Positions 1 to 6,918 of a DNA stretch of 16,723 nucleotides are shown here, one piece after another (position 1 is the first letter of the stretch; every line of letters begins with the position of its first letter). Location of the stretch: NCBI GenBank assembly GCA_052386995.1, contig JBQTJP010000259.1, positions 1 to 16,723 on the forward strand. Reading direction: 5' to 3'. The position numbers were made by a program, and so were the translations under genes. Origin of the DNA: Armatimonadota bacterium (GTDB taxonomy: Bacteria; Sysuimicrobiota; Sysuimicrobiia; Sysuimicrobiales; Humicultoraceae). The notes under the pieces are model-generated. The model was not told the DNA's origin, ran no database searches, and worked only from the letters and a program-made list of their open reading frames with translations.

Positions 1-914
1 CCGGCCAGCAGGCGTTCTAGAAACTGATCATAAACCTCATGAAAAACATACACTCGCTTGGAGGCCAGACACGCCTGACCCACGTTCCAGAACCGGCCGA
101 TGAGCGTGGCCTTCGCCGATTTGTCCACGTCGGCATCCGCGCAGATGATCACGGGGTCGGACCCTCCGAGCTCGAGGGTCACCCGCTTGAACTGGGGCCC
201 GGCAACCTCCATGATGCGCCGGCCGGTCTGCGTCTCGCCGGTGAAGGCCACACGCCGCACGTCGGGATGAGCCGACAGCGCCTCGCCGACGATCCGGCCG
301 GGGCCGGTGACGGCGTTGAGCACGCCGGGGGGCATTCCGGCCTCATTGAAGAGCGCAATCACCTTCAGAGTTGAGAGCGGCGTCGTGCTCGCCGGCTTGA
401 CGACCACGGTGTTCCCGGCCACCAGCGCGGGACCGATCTTAGTCCCCATCAAGGTGAGCGGGAAGTTCCACGGCACGATAGCCGCGCAGACACCGACGGG
501 CCGGCGCAGGACCAGACCATAGCTCTTGCCAAGCGTCGACGGAAGCGGTGCGTGGGCGCCGCGGAGCTTGCTCGCCATGTCGGCGTAGAACTCCATGCCG
601 TGGATGAAGTGATGGATCTCACCGGAAGCCTCGTGCATGGGCTTGCCCTGCTCCCGCACCAGCACCTCGACGATCTCCTGCTGGTGCGCGCGCACCTTCG
701 CCAAGCCCTCGCGGATCAGCCGCGCGCGCTCGTCGGGATCGGTCCGCGACCACCCACTAAACGCCCTGCAGGCGGCGGCCACGGCGGCGTCGACATCTTC
801 GGGGCCCGCCTTCGGAACGCTGTCCACGACCTCTTCGTTGGCGGGATTGGTGATCGACATCTGCTGGCCGGATTTGGCCGCCACCGGTTCGCCGTTGATC
901 ATCAGGAGCGCCAT
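1..914 (-). CDS. NAD(P)-dependent aldehyde dehydrogenase, 3' end truncated by the window edge
   Basis: Absent from the ORF track (no stop in window). Manual translation from ATG at 914 (SD-like GAAGGAAGG upstream): MALLMINGEPVAAKSGQQMSITNPANEEVV...EQGKP...IVPWNFP...ALVAGNTVVVKPAS...VAFTGETQTG...TLELGGSDP...FWNVGQACLASKR. It has the ALDH PWNFP, KPA, FTG, catalytic Glu (LELGG) and catalytic Cys (GQAC) motifs. Confidence 0.95.
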   Translation of the reverse strand, partial: MALLMINGEPVAAKSGQQMSITNPANEEVVDSVPKAGPEDVDAAVAAACRAFSGWSRTDPDERARLIREGLAKVRAHQQEIVEVLVREQGKPMHEASGEIHHFIHGMEFYADMASKLRGAHAPLPSTLGKSYGLVLRRPVGVCAAIVPWNFPLTLMGTKIGPALVAGNTVVVKPASTTPLSTLKVIALFNEAGMPPGVLNAVTGPGRIVGEALSAHPDVRRVAFTGETQTGRRIMEVAGPQFKRVTLELGGSDPVIICADADVDKSAKATLIGRFWNVGQACLASKRVYVFHEVYDQFLERLLA

Positions 915-978
915 CGGGTCACCTTCCTTCGCATGGGATTCGAGCGTCCGAGCGGTCCCGCATGGCCGTTTGCGACCG

Positions 979-1110
979 TCACCGGCGGATCCGCTCAAAC
1001 GGGCTGTGACATGCGCGGCACATGTACTGCTCGGACATCAACTGCGGACCGGCCGCCGCGATGCGCTCGGTGTCCTCCGAGCCGCACCAGGGGCAGCGCA
1101 CCGGGGTCAC
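979..1110 (-). CDS. Small CPxCG zinc-ribbon protein resembling the C-terminal domain of PaaD (43 aa)
   Basis: GTG at 1110 overlaps the stop of the paaC-like gene (GTGA). Sequence MTPVRCPWCGSEDTERIAAAGPQLMSEQYMCRACHSPFERIRR has CxxC...CxxCxxPF, the pattern of the PaaD C-terminus. The track start (1203) lies inside paaC and is less likely. Confidence 0.8.
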   Translation of the reverse strand: MTPVRCPWCGSEDTERIAAAGPQLMSEQYMCRACHSPFERIRR

Positions 1111-1886
1111 GCCGCCGGGGTCCGGTTCAGGCGGCGTTGCAGCGGGTCCCAGCGGATCCATGGCAAATTGTCGTACTCCCAGCGACGGTCTCCGAGATTC
1201 CAACGCACCGGGAGCCGGATGCCCTCCTCCAGCAGCAGCGGCGCAACGCGCCCCAGATAGTGCTGCCGCAACTCTTCGTTATTCCTGCTGAGCAGCCCCT
1301 CGGCCTTGAGCACGTCGACGCCGGCCTCACCTCGCGGACCAAACCAGCAGAGCATCTCCGGGAGCAGTTCATCCACCCGGGCCTGTAAGGCCAGGGGCCC
1401 CGCCTCGTACGCCCTGATCTGGCGCACCAGACTCTCGGCGTAGCCCATGTGGAAGCGTTCCTCTTCCAGGGCGCGGCGCACCCGGCTCGCCAGCGCCTCA
1501 TACGGAGCGTCGACCAGCGCCTCGAACATGGTGTTCACCGCGGTATCGATGAGCGCGCACGCCGCCACGACGTGCGACCAGCTCGAAAACTCCCCATCAA
1601 GGAAGGCAACTGAGTACCGCCGGGCACGATCCTGCTCGCGCTCCAGCGGCAGGGGACGTCCCGGCCACGGGAGTTCCTCCAACAGCGGATAGATCGCACG
1701 CGAGTGGCCCAGGTCTTCCTGCGCGATGGCCGCGGACGCCACGGCGGCCTCCAACGAGGGCGCGCCGGTGGTCCATTCGGAGACCCGGCGCCCCAGGAAG
1801 TACTTCGTGTCGGCGAGGACCGCGATCAGGTTGACCAGTGCCGCGAGCGCGCGGGCATTGGCCACGCCAACCTCACCCTGAGTCAC
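1107..1886 (-). CDS. paaC: PaaC-like ferritin-fold structural (beta) subunit of a ring-epoxidase complex (259 aa)
   Basis: Start reassigned to GTG at 1886 (GTGA overlap with the upstream stop). LADTKYFLGRRVSEWTTGAPSLEAAVASAAIAQEDLGH and EEERFH follow the PaaA/PaaC family pattern. The first iron-ligand Glu is replaced by Lys. Symbol is family-level only. Confidence 0.85.
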   Translation of the reverse strand: MTQGEVGVANARALAALVNLIAVLADTKYFLGRRVSEWTTGAPSLEAAVASAAIAQEDLGHSRAIYPLLEELPWPGRPLPLEREQDRARRYSVAFLDGEFSSWSHVVAACALIDTAVNTMFEALVDAPYEALASRVRRALEEERFHMGYAESLVRQIRAYEAGPLALQARVDELLPEMLCWFGPRGEAGVDVLKAEGLLSRNNEELRQHYLGRVAPLLLEEGIRLPVRWNLGDRRWEYDNLPWIRWDPLQRRLNRTPAA

Positions 1887-2086
1887 CGCGCGGCCTCCGA
1901 TCCTCCATCGGGACCCACGACCCAGTGCACCGCATGATCGGGCGCGAGAACGACCTCGAGCCAGCCGTCTCCAAGTCGCTCCCTCGCCAGGCTGACCGGG
2001 TCCTGTCCGGCACCGGTATCGAGCAGCCCCTGATAGGTCAGCGACTCCGCGTACTCGCGTCGGGCCAGGACAAGATACCGTGGCAC
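1883..2086 (-). CDS. Small protein, probably a second, more divergent PaaB-like subunit (67 aa)
   Basis: GTG start fills the gap between the paaB-like and paaC-like genes, and its stop overlaps the paaC start. YLVLARREYAESLTYQGLL...WLEVVLAPDHAV aligns by eye with the neighbour YEVFAARAERMEPLRNVGAV...WREMFVVPRTAL. Confidence 0.65.
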   Translation of the reverse strand: MPRYLVLARREYAESLTYQGLLDTGAGQDPVSLARERLGDGWLEVVLAPDHAVHWVVGPDGGSEAAR

Positions 2087-2095
2087 AAAACGCCC

Positions 2096-2296
2096 TCAGG
2101 CCGGCCGAATGACGCGCATCAACGCCGTGCGGGGAACGACGAACATCTCGCGCCAGCGCCACTCGTCGTAGAGGGTGTGCGCGAAGACGGCGGCCTCGCG
2201 TGAGTTCGTGGCCCGCACGGCCCCCACGTTCCTCAGCGGCTCCATCCGCTCGGCGCGGGCGGCAAACACCTCGTAGATCTCTTCGCTGCGTCGCAT
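2096..2296 (-). CDS. paaB: PaaB-like small subunit of a ring-epoxidase complex (~66 aa)
   Basis: ATG at 2296 (or GTG at 2299) just after the upstream stop at 2305. YEVFAAR...VGAVRA...A...Y...MFVVP matches the PaaB pattern (W/Y)EVF.R...VGS.HA...IWVV. Symbol is family-level only. Confidence 0.78.
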   Translation of the reverse strand: MRRSEEIYEVFAARAERMEPLRNVGAVRATNSREAAVFAHTLYDEWRWREMFVVPRTALMRVIRPA

Positions 2297-2304
2297 CACG
2301 CGAT

Positions 2305-2607
2305 CTAGACTACGCCGACGCGCCCCAGGCGCTGCCAGCCCTCCGTGGTGATGTGCTGGCGTGACCAGGGCTCCCACACGACCTGGATCTCGACACGCTC
2401 GACGCCGGACAGCCGCATCAGCCGCTCGCGGATGTCATCCTGGATCATCTCCATGCACGGGCAGCCCATAGATGTGTAGGTGATTCGCACCCGCACGGTT
2501 GATTCGTCGACCTCGACGCCGCGGATCAGGCCCATGTCGACAATGCTGATCGGGTACTCGGGATCGAGGACCTCGCGAAGCGCCGCGGTGACCGCGTCGA
2601 CCGTCAC
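2305..2607 (-). CDS. paaD: PaaD-like DUF59/FeS_assembly_P protein, N-terminal domain only (100 aa)
   Basis: LREVLDPEYPISIVDMGLIR (DPE motif), TYTSMGCPC and WEPWS...IT.EG are DUF59/PaaD motifs. GTGA overlap with the paaA-like stop. The protein ends before the zinc-ribbon domain. Confidence 0.88.
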   Translation of the reverse strand: MTVDAVTAALREVLDPEYPISIVDMGLIRGVEVDESTVRVRITYTSMGCPCMEMIQDDIRERLMRLSGVERVEIQVVWEPWSRQHITTEGWQRLGRVGVV

Positions 2608-3542
2608 GCGTCGTTCCTTCGTGAGAGCTGCCGGTGCCCCCGCTGCAGTTCCCGCACGAACTCGTCATTGTAGGGGCCGCGCTGCCGCCACCGGACCAGG
2701 ACGGCGTCCCATGGAATGGCGCCCTCTTCGGGCAGCCACCGCTTGGCCGCCGGGTCGAACCGCGACGGGAACGCGCACGTGACCACGTACTCGCGGCGCT
2801 CGGGATCGACGCGTGCGGGGACCGCGAGCCCAAGGCCTTCACACAGCGGCACGGCCGTGGACATCCACTGCTGGCGCAGTTGATCGTTGGTATAGCCCTT
2901 CAGGCGGTAGCCGATCTGCTCCGTGTGCTTCTTGAGATGGTCGGGGAGCCCAAACCACTCGACGGTGAGCAGGAACATCCAGTCGACCGCGCGCTGGAGT
3001 TCCTCTTTGCCGGCCGGCTCTTGCGCGATGATGTGCATCCACTTCTCGCCGTGCCGCAGATGGAAGTTCTCTTCGCGGTCGACTTTGGCAAGCGCGCGCT
3101 TCCACGGACCGTAACTCGTGTGGCGGTAGATGTCGCCGAGCAACAGAAAGCCGGCGCGGTCATAGAAGGCATTCGCCACAACCAGCTCGGCCCAGGTGTC
3201 GAGCGGGACGTCGAACGCGTAGGGATACTTGAAGGCTTTCGGATCGCGTTCGTAGATCAGGGCATCGGTGTCCACGCCGAGGTCCCGCAGCATGCGAAAC
3301 GCGATGTGGGCGTGACCGAGCTCGTCCTGAATGATGCCCATGGCGGAGATGTACGAGTTGATGCTGGGCGCGGCGCGTGCGGCCCGGAGGTATGCGGGGG
3401 CGCTGATGATCTCCGTGTCGGCCGAGACGATCAGCGTGCGCTTCAGGCCCTCGATGTAGGACTCGGTCGCGTACTCAGGCCCCTCGATGAGCCGGCCCGT
3501 CTGAATCCGCTCCTGCAGGGCCTCCTCGCTTACAACGGTCAT
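2604..3542 (-). CDS. paaA: PaaA-like di-iron catalytic (alpha) subunit of an aryl-CoA epoxidase/monooxygenase, divergent (312 aa)
   Basis: Full carboxylate-bridged di-iron ligand set E44, E74xxH77 (QDELGH), D128 and E158xxH161 (REENFH), with spacing like PaaA. GGAGG SD upstream. Clustered with paaB/C/D-like genes. Substrate not established. Confidence 0.88.
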   Translation of the reverse strand: MTVVSEEALQERIQTGRLIEGPEYATESYIEGLKRTLIVSADTEIISAPAYLRAARAAPSINSYISAMGIIQDELGHAHIAFRMLRDLGVDTDALIYERDPKAFKYPYAFDVPLDTWAELVVANAFYDRAGFLLLGDIYRHTSYGPWKRALAKVDREENFHLRHGEKWMHIIAQEPAGKEELQRAVDWMFLLTVEWFGLPDHLKKHTEQIGYRLKGYTNDQLRQQWMSTAVPLCEGLGLAVPARVDPERREYVVTCAFPSRFDPAAKRWLPEEGAIPWDAVLVRWRQRGPYNDEFVRELQRGHRQLSRRNDA

Positions 3543-3589
3543 CGAGCGTCCTCCAAGAGCTTGAGTCGGCAGTGCCCCTCTATGTCTGT

Positions 3590-3618
3590 ACCCTAACTAA
3601 ACGGTCAGTCAACGTCAA
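3590..3618 (-). promoter_or_regulatory. Putative sigma70-type promoter for the paa-like operon with a palindromic operator in the spacer
   Basis: Minus strand reads TTGACG-17 nt-TAGGGT, with the -10 ending 47 nt upstream of the paaA ATG. The spacer contains the imperfect palindrome ACTGA-CCGT-TTAGT (3596-3609). Confidence 0.6.
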
Positions 3619-3632
3619 GCCCACCGGAACAT

Positions 3633-3650
3633 GCCGGGTCAACTCCCGGC
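3633..3650 (-). terminator. Possible weak terminator or processing hairpin after livM
   Basis: GCCGGG-AGTTGA-CCCGGC stem-loop 12 nt after the livM stop. It is followed only by ATGTT, so the U-tract is poor. Confidence 0.3.
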
Positions 3651-3662
3651 TCCAGCATCTTT

Positions 3663-4577
3663 CTAAGGCGACCGCAACCGGCCGCGCCGCCGCAGGCGAG
3701 CCGCCACCTCCACGAGGCCGCCCGGCAGCACCAAAACCACCAGAATGAAGAGCACCCCGAAGACCAGGAGGTGCAGTTCGACCAGCGACTGGGCGAGCAC
3801 CTCTTTCAAGAGCACGTAGAACACGGCTCCGATGACCGGGCCGATCAGCGTCCCGACGCCACCGACGAACGCGACGAGCAGCGCGTCGAACGTCCAGGCC
3901 GGTGAGAACGGGAGCTGGTGATAGTAGCTCACGTGATAGAACGCGAACAACCCGCCAGCGAGGCCCGCAAACCCGGTGCTGATCACGAGCGCGAGCAGTT
4001 TGTGCTTGAGGGTATCCACGCCCGTCGCTTCCGCGGCGTCCTCGTCGTCGCGCAGGGCCAGCATCCCCAGGCCCAGGCGTGAGCGCGCGAGAAGAGCGAG
4101 CACCGCCATCGTCGCGATGGCCAGCGCGAGGGCCAGGTAGTACCGGTGCGCGAGGTTGTATTCGGCGATAGAGGATGCGGGGAGCGTCGACACCACGGGA
4201 AGCGCGTTTCCCACGGTGATCCTGAGGATCTCGGCGAGGCCCAGCGTGCCAATTGCAAAATAGGCGCCGCGGAGACGAAACGCCGGCACGCCGATCACCA
4301 GACCGCCGAGCAGCGCGCAGACGCCGCCGGCGACGAGCCCGAGATACGGATGCACACCCGCGATCCAGAGATGGCGCATCACGAACGCGCCGATGCCGAA
4401 GAACGCGGCATGCCCCAAGTTGATCTGTCCGGCGAACCCCGCCAGCGCGTTCCATGACTGCGCCAGCACAACATAGAGAAGGAAGAGGAAGGCAAGGTTG
4501 AGCACATCGGTACGCGCGGTCGCGGCGGGTAGCAGCGCCAGCCCCGCGATCAACAGTCCGAGCGCCAGCGCTTTCAT
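3663..4577 (-). CDS. livM: HAAT (branched-chain amino acid-type) ABC transporter permease, LivM-like (304 aa)
   Basis: Start reassigned to ATG at 4577 (ATGA overlap with the livH stop). Motifs SWNALAGFAGQINLGHAAFFGIG, RLRGAYFAIGTL, ALRDDEDAAEATGVD and GGVGTLIGP. Confidence 0.92.
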   Translation of the reverse strand: MKALALGLLIAGLALLPAATARTDVLNLAFLFLLYVVLAQSWNALAGFAGQINLGHAAFFGIGAFVMRHLWIAGVHPYLGLVAGGVCALLGGLVIGVPAFRLRGAYFAIGTLGLAEILRITVGNALPVVSTLPASSIAEYNLAHRYYLALALAIATMAVLALLARSRLGLGMLALRDDEDAAEATGVDTLKHKLLALVISTGFAGLAGGLFAFYHVSYYHQLPFSPAWTFDALLVAFVGGVGTLIGPVIGAVFYVLLKEVLAQSLVELHLLVFGVLFILVVLVLPGGLVEVAARLRRRGRLRSP

Positions 4578-5449
4578 CGGCCGAACAACCCCTGCGGCCG
4601 GATCATCAGCACCAGCAGGAAGATGACCAGCGCCACGACTTCCCGATACGCGCCGCCGATGAGCAGCGCGCTGGCTGACTCGGCGAGACCGAGCAGCAGG
4701 CCGCCCAGGAATGTGCCGGGCATGCTGCCCAACCCCGCCAGTACCACGACGATCAACGCCTTCAGGGTCCATTCCAATCCGATCGAGGGATTGACCGAGT
4801 ATCCCACGCTCACCAGCGCGCCGGCGGTTCCCGCGAGCGCGCTGCCCAAGGCAAACGCGAGCAGGTAGGTGCGCCTGATGTCGATGCCCATCAGCGACGC
4901 CGCTTCCCAGTCCTCGGCGGTGGCCCGGATCGCCTGGCCCGCATACGTGCGGCGAAGGAACAGGTGGAGGGCAAAGATCGCGACGAACGCCACAGCCAGC
5001 GCGCCCAATCGCACCAGCGGGAAGACAAGTCCACCCAGCGTCAGCGTCGTGCCGGAGTAGGCCGTCGAGATCGAGCGGTCATCGGCGGTCCAGAGCCGGA
5101 TCGCCAGGTTGTGCAGCGCCAGACTCAAACCGAATCCAATGAGCAGTGAGTTCTTGATGCGCGGCTCTTCCGCCAGGGTCTGGACGCGGGCGAAGAGACC
5201 CTGGTGAAGTCCCAACCCGACGACGAACATCAGCGGCATCGTCAGAGACAGCGAAAGAAACGGGTCGAGCCCGTACAGTGCAAACAGCCAGAAGCTCGCA
5301 TAGCCGCCGATCATGACGAGCTCGCCGTGCGCGACATTGAGGACGCGCAGCACGCCGAAGACCAGCGAGAGGCCCGCCGCGGCCAGGCCGTAGAGCGCGC
5401 CGGTGAGCAGCCCGAAGATCAGGTTCTGCGCGACGAACTGCGCGGTCAT
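4574..5449 (-). CDS. livH: HAAT ABC transporter permease, LivH-like (291 aa)
   Basis: Motifs GLLTGALYGLAAAGLSLVFGVLRVLNVAHGE, AIRATAEDWEAASLMGID and LAGLGS...RPQGLFG. ATGA overlap with livF. Confidence 0.94.
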   Translation of the reverse strand: MTAQFVAQNLIFGLLTGALYGLAAAGLSLVFGVLRVLNVAHGELVMIGGYASFWLFALYGLDPFLSLSLTMPLMFVVGLGLHQGLFARVQTLAEEPRIKNSLLIGFGLSLALHNLAIRLWTADDRSISTAYSGTTLTLGGLVFPLVRLGALAVAFVAIFALHLFLRRTYAGQAIRATAEDWEAASLMGIDIRRTYLLAFALGSALAGTAGALVSVGYSVNPSIGLEWTLKALIVVVLAGLGSMPGTFLGGLLLGLAESASALLIGGAYREVVALVIFLLVLMIRPQGLFGR

Positions 5450-6168
5450 TCCGAGGTGGAGAGAAAGTCCAGGTATGCGCTTTTCACGCGCTCGTCGGCC
5501 AGAAGGTCGGCCGCGGCTCCGTGCCCGACGATGCGCCCGCTCTGCGCCAGGTAGGCGCGGTGCGAGAGGTCGAGGGCGGCTTTCACGTTTTGCTCTACGA
5601 GCAGCACGCTGACTCTCCGCTCGGCGTTGATCAGGCGGATCACGTCGAAGATCCGCCGCGCCGCGATGGGCGCCAGTCCGAGCGATGGCTCATCGAGCAG
5701 GAGGAGCCGCGGGCGGGCCATCAGGGCGCGGCCGATAGCGAGCATCTGCTGCTCCCCGCCGCTCATCGTGCCGGCGGCCTGATGCCGCCGCTCGGCAAGC
5801 ACCGGAAAGACCTCGAACACCCAGCCAAGCGCCTCATCACGCTGCCGCCGGGCCCTCCGCGCAAACGCCCCCAACTGGAGATTTTCGAGCACGCTCATGC
5901 CTGCGAAGAGCCGCCGCCCTTCGGGCACGAGCGCGATCCCCTCCTCGACGATGCGGTGGGCAGCCTCACGATGCAGAGCACGCCCCTCGAACGTGACCTC
6001 GCCGGAGGCCGGAGGCTGCAGGCCTGCGATCGCGCGCAGCAGGGTGGTCTTGCCCGCGCCGTTTGAACCGATGAGCGCGACGATCTCGTGGGCGTCGACG
6101 CGCACGCTCACCTGCCACAACGCCTGCAGGTCGCCGTAGAACACGTCCAGGCTGTGGACCTCAAGCAT
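5446..6168 (-). CDS. livF: HAAT ABC transporter ATP-binding protein, LivF-like (240 aa)
   Basis: Walker A GSNGAGKTT, VPEGRRLF, signature MSGGEQQMLAIGRALM, Walker B LLLLDEPSLGLAP, LVEQN. Confidence 0.95.
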   Translation of the reverse strand: MLEVHSLDVFYGDLQALWQVSVRVDAHEIVALIGSNGAGKTTLLRAIAGLQPPASGEVTFEGRALHREAAHRIVEEGIALVPEGRRLFAGMSVLENLQLGAFARRARRQRDEALGWVFEVFPVLAERRHQAAGTMSGGEQQMLAIGRALMARPRLLLLDEPSLGLAPIAARRIFDVIRLINAERRVSVLLVEQNVKAALDLSHRAYLAQSGRIVGHGAAADLLADERVKSAYLDFLSTSE

Positions 6169-6916
6169 GCCCGGCCTCGCCGAGGTACGCCTCGATCACA
6201 CGGCGGTCGGCGGCAATCGCCCCGGGCGGTCCTTCTGCGATCGCCTGTCCGGCATTGAGCACCACCACGCGGTCCGAGAGTCCGAGCACGGCTTTGACGA
6301 TATGCTCGATTATGATGACCGCGATGCCGGCCTGCCGGATGCCCCTGATCAACCCGACGGCAGTCGCCACCTCCTGCGGATTCAGCCCGGCCATGAATTC
6401 GTCGAGCAGCAACACACGGGGCCGCGTCGCCAGGGCCCGTGCGAGCTCCAGGCGCTTGCGGTCCACAAGGGTGAGCTGCCGTGCGGGGATCTGCTCTTTG
6501 CCAGTCAAGCCGACAAACGCGATGACCTCGGCGGCCTCCCGAGAAGCGGTCTGAAGATCGCCCGCGCGATGACTGCCATAGATGCGGCCGACCATAACGT
6601 TCTGGAGGGCAGACAGATGGGCAAAGGGTCTGACGAGCTGGAACGTCCGGACAAGGCCGCGCGCGCAAATCGCGTGGGGGCGGAACCCCGTGATCTTCTC
6701 ACCGGCCAGCCGGATCTCTCCAGCGTCGGGCGCAAGCAGCCCGGTGATGAGGTTGAACGCGGTGGTCTTGCCCGAGCCGTTTGGCCCGATGAGCCCGAGG
6801 ATCTCGCCCTCACCGACGGTAAAGCTCAGGTCCCGTACGGCAGCCAGCCCGCCGAAGGACCTGGTCAGCCCCCGCACCTCGAGCAGCGCGCCCTCGGTTG
6901 CCGCGGTGCCGTCCAA
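6161..6916 (-). CDS. livG: HAAT ABC transporter ATP-binding protein, LivG-like (~251 aa)
   Basis: Walker A GPNGSGKTT, RTFQ, KRLELARALA, LLLDE, IEH and C-terminal VIEAYLG. Likely start is TTG at 6916, just after the upstream stop. The exact start is uncertain. Confidence 0.93.
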   Translation of the reverse strand: MDGTAATEGALLEVRGLTRSFGGLAAVRDLSFTVGEGEILGLIGPNGSGKTTAFNLITGLLAPDAGEIRLAGEKITGFRPHAICARGLVRTFQLVRPFAHLSALQNVMVGRIYGSHRAGDLQTASREAAEVIAFVGLTGKEQIPARQLTLVDRKRLELARALATRPRVLLLDEFMAGLNPQEVATAVGLIRGIRQAGIAVIIIEHIVKAVLGLSDRVVVLNAGQAIAEGPPGAIAADRRVIEAYLGEAGHA

Positions 6917-6918
6917 TG

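Noticed and set aside
2604..3542. Calling the di-iron protein BoxB or a phenol/toluene monooxygenase alpha subunit
   Set aside because: It is too short for those families, and the Asp ligand plus PaaB/C/D-like partners point to the Paa family.
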